Source: a virus
Taxonomy: Duplodnaviria > Caudoviricetes
IMG/VR virus record: IMGVR_UViG_3300036945_000289
Location: 1 to 25,390 of that record
DNA: 25,390 nucleotides
Reading direction: 5' to 3' (one strand)
Positions 15,300 through 24,445 of this stretch are shown here, piece after piece. The notes under the pieces were generated by a model. It did not search any database and was not told the DNA's origin. It was given only the letters and a program-made list of their open reading frames with translations. Position 1 is the first letter of the stretch, and each line of letters opens with the position of its first letter. The position numbers were made by a program, and so were the translations under genes.

Positions 15300-17324
15300 T
15301 CAGCGGAAGACGGACATTGACACATATTTTGGGTCAAAATAACCACCGGATTCGGGACTGCAAGAAAATCTAAACGCTGTTGTTGTCGGCGCTTGCTCCG
15401 TCAGTCCAGAAGAAAACATGTTGATCGCGGCAGCATTGCCAACACCATAGGAAGGTGAAATGCTGGCGTTGACTTCGTAATTTGCATCCGGCATTGCCGC
15501 GGTGAAGTTAACCGTGTAATCACCTGTACCGTTGTCCGTGATGCTGGTGACGTTCCCACTCGCACGAATAGCTACAGTGCCAGTGCCGTTGAAGTTGACC
15601 CATGCGCGGCAGTCGTATGCCCTAACGACAGACCCTGCGCCGTTCTGAGTCCACATCTGGCCGCTGGAGTCGATACGGGCGCGTTCGGTAATAGAACCGC
15701 CAGCTGGGCGTGTGAAAAATTGTAAATTGGCGGCGTCATTCGCACCTTCACGGCTTGATTGAACCCTTGATAGCTCAACATTTGAGCCAGTAGTATTGTT
15801 ATAAAATCTTACTCTGCCAATTTGGGCATCAGTGTTTCTGCCACCAATCAACAACAAGCTAGCGTCCCCGGCAGTTGCACTTGCTGTAGTTTGAACTCTG
15901 ACTTCTGTATTTGTTTGCCCACCAACATCCAACCTAGACGCTGGCGAACTCGTCCCAATACCCACGTCGCCGCTGGCATCCCAGAACGGACCGCCCGTCG
16001 ATAGCTTCGCAGGCGTCACCGTCCCATCGCTCGGCACACCAACGGCCATAGGCTGCGTCCACACCACCTCGATGTTGTCTGTGCCCGATGGAGGCGCAGC
16101 GCTGAACGTCAGCGTCGTGCCGGACAGCGAGTAGGTGTTTTTCTGCTGGTAGACGCCGCCGACAAACACATAGGTGTTGTTCGGCGAACCAGGGCTGCCT
16201 GACAACGTAAAAATATCAAGAGAGCCTGTGCCGCTGAACCGGTCGACGACGACGTTGGTCGAGCCCAGACCGCTGGTCACGGCCAGCCATTGGCTTGTCT
16301 CAAAGTCAGCGACAAACGTGGTGCTGGTGTACTGAGAGCCGATCGTGGCGCTGGTCGTGCCGTTGATCGTGTCGCTGCCAGAGCGAGCGATGGTGACCTG
16401 GTTGGCATCGCCGGTCCACTTCACAATGGCGACCTTGAAGCCGTCCACCTGCGTGCTAATCAAGGGCAGCGTGATCGTCACTGCGCCACCGGTCGTGGTA
16501 ACGCGGATCAGATCGCCAGCGTCGCCAGCCACCACGGTGTAGTTGGCGCTCTTGTCGATCACCGCCGAGTACATGCCAGAGGCGGCAGATGCAGCAGCAG
16601 CGGCGGCTGATGCGGCGGCGGCGGCGGCATTGCTTGGCGCGGCGATGATCGCGGTCATGTTGGTGGCCGCGCTGTTCACCGAAGCGATGTTGGTCGCCAC
16701 TGTCGTGACGTTGGCGCTGACGCCCGCCACCGTGTTCACGTTGGCGATGTTGCTGCCCACCGCGTCCACGTTGGCGATCGAGCCGGCCACCGTGTTGATC
16801 TCGGACACCGGCTCGGTGAGGTCGTTGGCAACAATGGTGATGGCCGGGATCGCGCTATAGACAGCGGTCAGTCCGGCGATGTTGTCGGCCAGCAGCGTAA
16901 TGTCGGCGACCAGTTCCTCGGCGTCGGCCGTGCTGGTGACCGGCAGCTTGGCCGCACGATCGACAGCCTCGAGCAGCTGCTGCGTCTGCATGGTCAGCTT
17001 GTCCAGCGAGCGTTCGTGCGACTCGGCCGGGAAGGCGTCGTTCTGGACGTAGTCGGCATCCTGCGTGAACGGCACGTTGCGGATGATCGTCAGCTGCTGC
17101 CCGACCGCCAGCGCCGTCACCAAGGTGACAGAGCCAGATGCGCCGCCCGCGCCAGAGACGGTGTAGTCCGTGGTCAGCGCCAGGGTCGTGTCGACGCCCG
17201 TGCTGGAGGTGCGGATGACCTGGATGTGCGAGTTCTCCAGAAACCGGAAGCCCACCGTGAAGGGGCCGGTCGTGCCGGAGCCAGCATATGGGCCCGACTT
17301 TGCGGTGCTTGTTGGGACGGTCAT
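15300..17324 (-). CDS. podovirus tail fibre protein (674 aa)
   Basis: T7 gp17-like N-terminal anchor (GSGTTGPFTVGFRF...HERSLDKLTM), NVNTVA repeats, VGIGTSSP repeat, C-terminal CRAWVNFNGTG...SITDNGTGDYTVNF..AMPDANY. Confidence 0.9.
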   Translation of the reverse strand: MTVPTSTAKSGPYAGSGTTGPFTVGFRFLENSHIQVIRTSSTGVDTTLALTTDYTVSGAGGASGSVTLVTALAVGQQLTIIRNVPFTQDADYVQNDAFPAESHERSLDKLTMQTQQLLEAVDRAAKLPVTSTADAEELVADITLLADNIAGLTAVYSAIPAITIVANDLTEPVSEINTVAGSIANVDAVGSNIANVNTVAGVSANVTTVATNIASVNSAATNMTAIIAAPSNAAAAAASAAAAAASAASGMYSAVIDKSANYTVVAGDAGDLIRVTTTGGAVTITLPLISTQVDGFKVAIVKWTGDANQVTIARSGSDTINGTTSATIGSQYTSTTFVADFETSQWLAVTSGLGSTNVVVDRFSGTGSLDIFTLSGSPGSPNNTYVFVGGVYQQKNTYSLSGTTLTFSAAPPSGTDNIEVVWTQPMAVGVPSDGTVTPAKLSTGGPFWDASGDVGIGTSSPASRLDVGGQTNTEVRVQTTASATAGDASLLLIGGRNTDAQIGRVRFYNNTTGSNVELSRVQSSREGANDAANLQFFTRPAGGSITERARIDSSGQMWTQNGAGSVVRAYDCRAWVNFNGTGTVAIRASGNVTSITDNGTGDYTVNFTAAMPDANYEVNASISPSYGVGNAAAINMFSSGLTEQAPTTTAFRFSCSPESGGYFDPKYVSMSVFR

Positions 17325-17350
17325 GGAAGGCCTCTAAATTTGTTGGTGGG

Positions 17351-17378
17351 ATTCTATCAATGATGTGGTTTTCACACC
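17351..17378 (-). promoter_or_regulatory. possible extended -10 promoter with an operator-like site, upstream of the fibre gene
   Basis: TGA-TAGAAT (17359-17351); GATGTGGTTTTCACACC (17362-17378, + strand) loosely matches the 17-bp motif. Confidence 0.45.
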
Positions 17379-17380
17379 AC

Positions 17381-17411
17381 AAAAAAGCCGGCGTTGCGAT
17401 TTCGCAACACC
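17381..17411 (-). terminator. intrinsic terminator after the internal virion protein genes
   Basis: GGTGTTGCGA-AA-TCGCAACGCC hairpin, then GGC and T6, immediately after the stop codon. Confidence 0.7.
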
Positions 17412-20069
17412 TTACTGGCCGACGGCTCGGCCCAGATCTGGGGCTCGCATGCCGTCAATGCCGGTGCCGGGCGTCCACCAGAACTGCTGGCCGAACTCGG
17501 TCTGAGCGCGGCGCTGCATCTGCGACAGGTAGCCTGGGCTGAAATACTCTTGCAGCTGGTGAAAGATGATGTGGTCGAGCGCCGCCTTGGCGTACCAGAG
17601 GTTGGCGCCTGGCGTGTTGCCCTTGACGAAGCGCACCGCCTCCGCGCCAAAGTTGGTGTCCTTGCCCTGCATCGCCTGCACGATGTTGCCCTGAGTGATC
17701 TTGAAGGCCTCCTCGACGAGGCCAGCCACCGGGCCCAGAGCGGCCGCGATCGGCCCGGCCTGGTTGTTCTGGGTCGCGCCCGAGAACAGGAAGTCGCCGT
17801 AGAGCCCGAGCGATCCGCCCTTCAGGAACGCAGCCATCCAGTTCTTGACGCCGTTCTCGCCCTCGAAGGGGTTGTAGTTGCGCACGTCCTTGCCAGACAG
17901 CAGGTCGTTCACCGACTGCGACACGGCGCCCAGGATGGTGGTGCCGGCGATCAGGCTGCCCAGGTAGAGCGCCTTGCCGCCGGCCGTCTCCATACTCATG
18001 CCGCGCATGAAGTGCCGAGAGATCATCGCCAGGGGGAAGGCCTTGAACTGGAAGAACGAGCGGGTGAGCTCTCCCTTCCATGTGCCGCGCTCCATGCCGG
18101 CGCCGGTCAGGAACTTGTCGGCCGCGCCTGGCCGGATCACGGCCATGTCGGTTTCTTCCTGCACGACACCCAGCAAGCGCAGCACGGCATTGCGCCTGGC
18201 CGTGTCGGTGACGTCGGCGATCTGCTCGCCGTAGACCTTGGACCAGTCGGCGATCGAGGCAGCCTTGGCCTCGGGCGTCATGGCCCCCATCTGGTTGATG
18301 CCGTCGATCTTGGTCTGCAACTCGGCCTCGAGCTCGGCGATCCGGCCCTTGCTGGCCTCGTAGATCTTGCCCTCGGGGATCCGCATGATCGACTCGGGCG
18401 TCAGCACGCCATTGCCAGCGCCCCACTTCTCGAGCTCGGCCAAGCGCCAGATCTGGTAGTCCGTCTCGGTGATGCCCTTTGACAGCAGGATCCTGTTGTC
18501 GTCTGGGTCCAGCTTGGCGAGGGTGTCGTACTTGCCCACGACCTCGCCGAGCGAGGACATCATGGTCACGCCGAACGCGCGACGCCGGGCCCCGTCCAGA
18601 GCCTCCATGCCCGACACCCGCATGACGGTGTTCGCCATCTTGGATGAGAACGTCGGGCCCAGATTGTCAGCGCCCCACCGGTTCAGGTGGTTGAGCATGG
18701 TGTCGAGGCCAAGGCCTGCGCGGTGCGCCAGGTTCTCCTCGGTCTTGTTGGCGATGTTCAGCGCGGCCAGCTCGTTCTGGATCAGCTGGACCTCGGGCAG
18801 GTTGTTGACCTGCGCCGTCAGGTGCAGCGTGGCCTCGTCGGTCAGCGCCGTGATGACGGCCGAGCCCAGGCGCGAGGACACCAGCCAGTTGCGCAGCGTG
18901 TCGAAGGTCTGCGCCAGGTTCTCGTTGACGATCGGCGTGGTCTTGCCGGTGGTGTAGTCGTAGAGCGACGACAGGCGGCGCGCCTGCTCCTGGGCCTTCT
19001 GTGTCGAGGCTGGATCGTTGATCGCCTGCTTCTGCACGCTCTTCTCAAGGAACAGGTTGAACGTCGCGTCAGGGTTGGGCCCGTAGGTTTCGAGCATGGC
19101 GATCTCTTTCGAGAGCCCCTCGACGTGCCCGGTCATCACGCCCCACAGCGAGTTGTCGCCGTACTTTTCCTGATAGGCCAGATAGGCGTCGGCGTCCGTG
19201 AAGTGCAGCTCGCGGTGCGCGGCGCGACGGTTTGCCAGCATGCCGGCGCCAGGTGTGCCGGGCGTGATCTGGTTGATGCCGCCGGTCGCCAGCGTCAGCC
19301 AGGCGTTGCGCAGCACCTGCTGGAGCTGCTCGTCGTTCATGCGCGTGCCGTCGTCGTTGACGTACTTCTCGCGGTTCAGCTTGGGCAGGGTGTCCTGGAC
19401 CCAGGTGTCAGCGCCGGCCTTGTTGACCTTGGCCTGGCTGTGGTGCTGTGGCAGCGACCAGTTCTCCAGCAGACCGATCTTGCCGCCGGCCCGGTTGAAG
19501 GCGTCACGCATTTGCGCGGCCACGTCGAGCCATGCCTGGGCGCCCTTGTCCACCACCGCGTCGCCTGTCTTCTCACCGAAGATCGCGCGGGTCAGCTTCT
19601 TGATGCCCTCGGGGCTCTCGAACAGACCCCAGAAGCGCGGGTCGACAGCCTCGAAGGTGTCCACCAGCTGGCGCACGGCATCGTTGCGGATGGCGCTGCC
19701 GCGGCTCTCGACCGACATGGTGTTGCTCTTGCCGTCGGACACGAACACCAGGGTGCGCCGGAGCGCGTCGAGGTCTTCCATGCCGGCCGCGCGCGCCTCG
19801 TTCAGAAAGCCCTCGATGCGGTCATGCGCCTGGATGGTCATGACGATGCGGCGCTTCTTGAGGTCGGCCTCCTTGACCAGCTCATCGGCTGCCAGGTTTG
19901 CACCCAGCTTCAGGCGCTCCTCGGCCGACAGCGCACGAAACGCGGCCGGATCCTTGGCTGCCTCGAAGCGCATGTTCTTGAGGATTCGGTCCTCGAGGCC
20001 TTGGGCTTCCTGCTTGGTGATGTCGCGGCCAATGGCCTGGGCGACGGCGGCAACGCATTTGTCTTTCAT
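17412..20069 (-). CDS. internal virion/ejection protein (epsilon15/phiV10-like, 885 aa)
   Basis: MKDKCVAAVAQAIGR..., LPQHHSQ, FFQFKAFP, GGSLGLYGDFLF, NLWYAKAALDH...SPGYL motifs recalled from epsilon15-like core proteins; position upstream of the fibre. Confidence 0.8.
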   Translation of the reverse strand: MKDKCVAAVAQAIGRDITKQEAQGLEDRILKNMRFEAAKDPAAFRALSAEERLKLGANLAADELVKEADLKKRRIVMTIQAHDRIEGFLNEARAAGMEDLDALRRTLVFVSDGKSNTMSVESRGSAIRNDAVRQLVDTFEAVDPRFWGLFESPEGIKKLTRAIFGEKTGDAVVDKGAQAWLDVAAQMRDAFNRAGGKIGLLENWSLPQHHSQAKVNKAGADTWVQDTLPKLNREKYVNDDGTRMNDEQLQQVLRNAWLTLATGGINQITPGTPGAGMLANRRAAHRELHFTDADAYLAYQEKYGDNSLWGVMTGHVEGLSKEIAMLETYGPNPDATFNLFLEKSVQKQAINDPASTQKAQEQARRLSSLYDYTTGKTTPIVNENLAQTFDTLRNWLVSSRLGSAVITALTDEATLHLTAQVNNLPEVQLIQNELAALNIANKTEENLAHRAGLGLDTMLNHLNRWGADNLGPTFSSKMANTVMRVSGMEALDGARRRAFGVTMMSSLGEVVGKYDTLAKLDPDDNRILLSKGITETDYQIWRLAELEKWGAGNGVLTPESIMRIPEGKIYEASKGRIAELEAELQTKIDGINQMGAMTPEAKAASIADWSKVYGEQIADVTDTARRNAVLRLLGVVQEETDMAVIRPGAADKFLTGAGMERGTWKGELTRSFFQFKAFPLAMISRHFMRGMSMETAGGKALYLGSLIAGTTILGAVSQSVNDLLSGKDVRNYNPFEGENGVKNWMAAFLKGGSLGLYGDFLFSGATQNNQAGPIAAALGPVAGLVEEAFKITQGNIVQAMQGKDTNFGAEAVRFVKGNTPGANLWYAKAALDHIIFHQLQEYFSPGYLSQMQRRAQTEFGQQFWWTPGTGIDGMRAPDLGRAVGQ

Positions 20070-20070
20070 G

Positions 20071-23000
20071 TCAGCCTCTCAGGGCGCAGGCCACGGCCGC
20101 ATCGTAGCCTTGCGATTCCTGCTTTGCCGTGGCGATTTCCGCATCAGCTGCGGTAAGCGCACGACCGGCTGACACCATCGTCCCGTCGGCTCCAATGATC
20201 GTCAGTGCAGGGTTGTTGATGATTACCGTTTCGGCGCTGTAGGGGTCGGCTGCTGCGGCGCCTCGTCCGGCGCTATCGGGTACTGCTTGACCCGCGCCAT
20301 CCTCTGGAACAGCTCCCGCTCCTTCGCGCGCGCCGGGCTCTCCGGCGTATCGCTGGGCGAGCTCGTCGAGGGCTTGTCTGTTGACTTCGGGTCGTTCGTA
20401 CCAAGGGGCATTGCCGGCTTCCGTGACTTTGAACTTTGTCGGGACGACGCCGTTCTTGGGTAATTTTACGGCATCGAGGAACTCGCGGAAACCCCCGACG
20501 GTGAAGCGATACTCGTCGCCGCCGTTCAGACCGTACATGAAATAAGGCTGGCCGTCAGCGTCGCGGCCGTAGCGCGCGCCGTAGGCGTAGGCCCCGTACT
20601 CGCCTTCCTTGGCGGTCACCTGGGAGATCATCTCGGTGTTGCCCTTGGCGTCCATCAGGATCGCGTCCAGGGTGCCGTGGCTGGCCTCCTGCTGGCTGTC
20701 GGCGACCCATGTCTCCCAGTGGTAGCGGCCGACGCTGCCATCCTCTGGACGGCCCAGCGCGGTGTACAGGTTGACGATCCGCTTCTCGAGCGCACGCTCG
20801 ATGGCCTCATAGATCAACAGGCCGCGTGCGCCGTAGGTGATCTCGGACAGCGCCGAGCCGGCCACGGGTTTGCCGTCGACCTTGCGGCCGTCGTACAGGT
20901 TGCGATCGCCAAAGCGGCCATCGTCCCACAGCTGGCGGATCTGCACCCGGTCGAGCACCATCAGATCCTTGAAGCCCGCCACCAGGAGCGTGAAGGACAC
21001 GACCTTGTTGTCGATGCCCACGCCCTCGGTGTTCTCGATGAACCAGCGGCGGATCTGTTGGCCGGTGACCTCGGGGTCTTCCATCAGGGTGTGCATCTTC
21101 TGGAGCAGCGAGACGCCGTTCTCGTCCTTCTGGCCCATCTTGAACAGGAACAGCTTGCCGAAGGCGTTCAGGTTGTGCGTGGCGCCGGAGCCTGGCTGGC
21201 CCGAGCCCTGCGGCGCGACCGACTTGGCCCACGCCTCGTAGGCTGGGAAGTCGGCCTCGGTCAGGTTGCCGTCGGCTGCCTTCTTGATCCACTCGCCAGC
21301 GCCCTTGAAGCCGTCGATGAACAGGCCCTCCTGCGTGTACGGGCTCACGCCGCGCGACAGGAAGGACCACATGAACAGCTTGCCGGTCGTCTCGACGTCC
21401 AGCTCCTTGTTGACGTAGGCATCGCGGAAGGCCTGGGCGTTCTCGAAGCCGTGCTTGGCATCGGCGATCTGGCCGGCAGACAGGCGCGACAGGCTGCGAA
21501 AAGCGCCATCGCTGTTGATGTCCTTCAGGAACCGGTAGGGCGGCACAGGCACGTCGTCGGTCGCCATGGCGTAGGCCATCATCTTGGACCACTCGAGCGG
21601 CGAGGTGTCGGCGTCGGGGAACTTCGCCAAGGCATCGTCGATGCCGGTGAGCTGGCGACCGGCGTTCTTCTTGTTGGTGCCGGTGAGCACCAGCGGCTTG
21701 GCCGGTAGTTCGATCTTGCCCATGGGCACGCGCACGCGCAGGTCGGGCTCGAAGCCGTTCAGGTTCTCGGGCGCCGTGTCGCGGCCGGGGTTCTCAACGC
21801 TGTCGCGGGTGATCTGGCGCAGGATGTTGGGGTCGTTCGGGTTGAACTCGCCACTGTTGCCGGTGGCGGATTTGAGTTGCGCGGGGTCAAAGACACCGAG
21901 GTTTTTTATCTGCCTTCCTGCTTCTCTTACGTAGAAGCCGTCGTGGCCCATGGCCTTGATCGCGGCTTGCACCTTGCGTGATTCAATAGCTTCATAGTCG
22001 CCGCGCTTGATGTCTCGGACGTAGTTCGAGACGCTGCGCTCGGTGTAGCGGTTGTCTTTCTCGTATTGCTCAAGCGCCGCGATGTGCTCTGGGTTGTCGA
22101 AGTCGAACGGGTTTTCGGCTTTGACGTAGACCGCCATGATGTTGGGCTGGCCGCCTGTTTTATCCAAACTGTTGATGGTGGTGGTGGTGTATTCCTGGGC
22201 GAACTTGGGGTCGGCGGTCACGAAGATCATGCCGTCCTTGGCCCTGAACGTAGCGAAGTCTGCGTCCGTTCCGTGGTACATCACCAGTGGATTACCCTGG
22301 GCATCCACGACCTTGCTCTTGCCGAACCAGCGCTTGAAGTTCGAGCCGACGTCTTTCATGCGCGGCACCGCTGCATCCGCCAGCAGGTTGTCGTTGGCAA
22401 AGCGGCCGGTGCCGTTGAGCACGTCGTCCAGGCCACGGATCACGGCAGCGTCTGAGCGCAGGCCAAAGGCCCCTTTGACCTTCTCGACAAACTCGGCCAG
22501 CCACTGCTTGGCCTGCTGGACCCAGCCCTCATTGGCCCGCTCGCGCAGGATCCTCGAGCCGTTGACGGCCCAGAACTCGGACGGGTTCGCCAGGGCGTAG
22601 AAGCGCTCGTCGACCTCGCCCTTGGCGATCATCTCGGCCAGGTTGCGGAAGGCGCGCTCGTCGCCGTTGGCGGCACGCAGCGCATCGTCTGTCGCCTGCA
22701 TCAGCGTCTGGTTCTGGGTGCGGGTCGCCATCTGCGTGACGGCGCGCAGCTCCTTGAACCACTCGGCCTGAATCGCCTTCTGCACGCCCTCCGGCATCAT
22801 GCGCTCGGCGTGGTGCAGGATCTCATGCACGACCGTCTCATCGTTGGCGCGGCCCTTGATCAGGGTGACGATGCGCGACAGCGGGTTGTAGCCGCCGGCC
22901 TCGCCCACTGTGTCGCCGGACTTCTTGAACGACAGGCCGATGTCGGCCACCAGGTTGGGGTTCTTGTCGATCAGCCAGTTCGCCAGGCGGACAGCTTCGG

Positions 23001-24441
23001 GTGGCAGTTCGCCATTGCGCTCGGCACGCAGCAGGCGCTCACGCACCCACAATTCGCCACGCACGCGATCGCCTGTCCTGGCCTCAAGTTGGGCCTCGTT
23101 GCGCTGCTCGAGCTTGCCCTTGAGCGTCTCGAGCTCGGTGATCATGCGCTCGGTGTTCCAGCCCTCGGCCCTGCCCTGCTCGATGATGCGGTTGACCTCC
23201 ATGGTCGGGCGCACCTGCGACATCTGCTCGGGTGGTGTGCGGGTGATCTGGTACAGGTTCGTGTCGGTGGACATGCCGCGCGCCGCGAGGTCGGCCTGTA
23301 GGCCTTCCCACTCGGGGCCCATGTGGTCCTCGACCACGCGCACGATGTCCGTGCGGGCCTGCACCGCCACGGGGTCTTCCATGAAGTTGCCCTCGGCAAC
23401 GATCGGCCCCACGTCGACAGGTCGGCCCTCGGCCAGGTCGGTCAGCGCCTTGTTGATCGCATCGACGTGCGCCTGGCGCGTGGCCGGGTCTGTCGGGATG
23501 CCGGGCGCCGTGCCGAGCTCGGAGTGAGCCGCGTTGCGCAGGGACAGCACTGCATCGAGGTCCGACATCTGCGCCGGCGGGATCTTGTTCTGGTTGGCCT
23601 GCTGCCACTTCTGATAGCCGTGGATGCCCAGGCCGAAGATCGAGCCGACCGCGAAGTCGCTGATCATCTCGGACATGCTGAAGGCCTCGTACTGCTTCGC
23701 CATCTCTGGGTAGCCGTTGGCCTCGAGCAGCGTGGACGTTGCGCCCCTGGTCGGGATGCCGACCGCAGTGTTCAGCGCGCCAGCTGTGGCGATCTTGGCA
23801 GGCACGTTGGTGGCGAGGGTCGCCGTGGCTCCTGCAACGCCGTAGAGGGCCGCTGCGGCGGCTGTATTGCCTGCGACCTCTGCGCCCATGGCACGGCCCA
23901 GCAGGCCTGTCGCCATGCTGCTGGTGGCCGTGACGGGGATGAACGCGCCAAGGAACGTCGAGCCGGCCGTGATGCCGCCCATGCCGACAGACGTCTTGAA
24001 GTCGAGGCCATCCTCGCGAGCCTGGTTGAAGGCGCTGTTGCCCATCGCGGCCGCGCCCACAGCAGCGCCCGTGATCGGGTTGCCGGTCGCGATCGTGCCG
24101 ATGGCGACGCTGCCGATCATGTTGGTCGCACCGTAGACCTGCTGGCCCAGCCAGCCGACGGTGGCCGGGTTCGGCGTCAGATCGCGCGAGGCCTGCTGCG
24201 TCTTCTCCTGCTCCTTCGCCAGCCAGCCAGACATGTCCGTCTTGAACATGCCGTCGATGCCTTTGGCCGCATCGGCCATGGGCCGGGCGTAGTTGTTGAT
24301 GGCCGCGCCAGCACCCAAGGCTGCCGCTGTCGGGACGCCCTCGAAGAACCCTGCCTTCAGGTCGTCCGGCTTGAGCGGGTTGGCCCGCGCAAACGAGTCT
24401 TGGTTGGCTAGTTCAGTGCCGCCGGTCGAGAAGAGGTTCAT
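20071..24441 (-). CDS. large polyvalent internal virion protein: epsilon15-like termini with metallopeptidase-, ART- and HhH-GPD glycosylase-like domains
   Basis: Hydrophobic Gly/Ala N-region and AVACALRG C-terminus; HEILH (aa 539), YHGT (aa 722), GIDNK...VLDR (K1146/D1164). Confidence 0.85.
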   Translation of the reverse strand: MNLFSTGGTELANQDSFARANPLKPDDLKAGFFEGVPTAAALGAGAAINNYARPMADAAKGIDGMFKTDMSGWLAKEQEKTQQASRDLTPNPATVGWLGQQVYGATNMIGSVAIGTIATGNPITGAAVGAAAMGNSAFNQAREDGLDFKTSVGMGGITAGSTFLGAFIPVTATSSMATGLLGRAMGAEVAGNTAAAAALYGVAGATATLATNVPAKIATAGALNTAVGIPTRGATSTLLEANGYPEMAKQYEAFSMSEMISDFAVGSIFGLGIHGYQKWQQANQNKIPPAQMSDLDAVLSLRNAAHSELGTAPGIPTDPATRQAHVDAINKALTDLAEGRPVDVGPIVAEGNFMEDPVAVQARTDIVRVVEDHMGPEWEGLQADLAARGMSTDTNLYQITRTPPEQMSQVRPTMEVNRIIEQGRAEGWNTERMITELETLKGKLEQRNEAQLEARTGDRVRGELWVRERLLRAERNGELPPEAVRLANWLIDKNPNLVADIGLSFKKSGDTVGEAGGYNPLSRIVTLIKGRANDETVVHEILHHAERMMPEGVQKAIQAEWFKELRAVTQMATRTQNQTLMQATDDALRAANGDERAFRNLAEMIAKGEVDERFYALANPSEFWAVNGSRILRERANEGWVQQAKQWLAEFVEKVKGAFGLRSDAAVIRGLDDVLNGTGRFANDNLLADAAVPRMKDVGSNFKRWFGKSKVVDAQGNPLVMYHGTDADFATFRAKDGMIFVTADPKFAQEYTTTTINSLDKTGGQPNIMAVYVKAENPFDFDNPEHIAALEQYEKDNRYTERSVSNYVRDIKRGDYEAIESRKVQAAIKAMGHDGFYVREAGRQIKNLGVFDPAQLKSATGNSGEFNPNDPNILRQITRDSVENPGRDTAPENLNGFEPDLRVRVPMGKIELPAKPLVLTGTNKKNAGRQLTGIDDALAKFPDADTSPLEWSKMMAYAMATDDVPVPPYRFLKDINSDGAFRSLSRLSAGQIADAKHGFENAQAFRDAYVNKELDVETTGKLFMWSFLSRGVSPYTQEGLFIDGFKGAGEWIKKAADGNLTEADFPAYEAWAKSVAPQGSGQPGSGATHNLNAFGKLFLFKMGQKDENGVSLLQKMHTLMEDPEVTGQQIRRWFIENTEGVGIDNKVVSFTLLVAGFKDLMVLDRVQIRQLWDDGRFGDRNLYDGRKVDGKPVAGSALSEITYGARGLLIYEAIERALEKRIVNLYTALGRPEDGSVGRYHWETWVADSQQEASHGTLDAILMDAKGNTEMISQVTAKEGEYGAYAYGARYGRDADGQPYFMYGLNGGDEYRFTVGGFREFLDAVKLPKNGVVPTKFKVTEAGNAPWYERPEVNRQALDELAQRYAGEPGAREGAGAVPEDGAGQAVPDSAGRGAAAADPYSAETVIINNPALTIIGADGTMVSAGRALTAADAEIATAKQESQGYDAAVACALRG

Positions 24442-24445
24442 GGTT

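Noticed and set aside
16580-16850. Repeats as a CRISPR array or DGR template/variable repeats
   Set aside because: They are degenerate coding repeats (NVNTVA, poly-Ala) of the fibre shaft; there is no cas or reverse transcriptase gene and no adenine-specific repeat pair in the window.
17390-17411. Palindrome GTTGCGATTTCGCAAC as an operator
   Set aside because: It is 16 bp rather than 17 and is adequately explained as the terminator stem; a dual role cannot be excluded.
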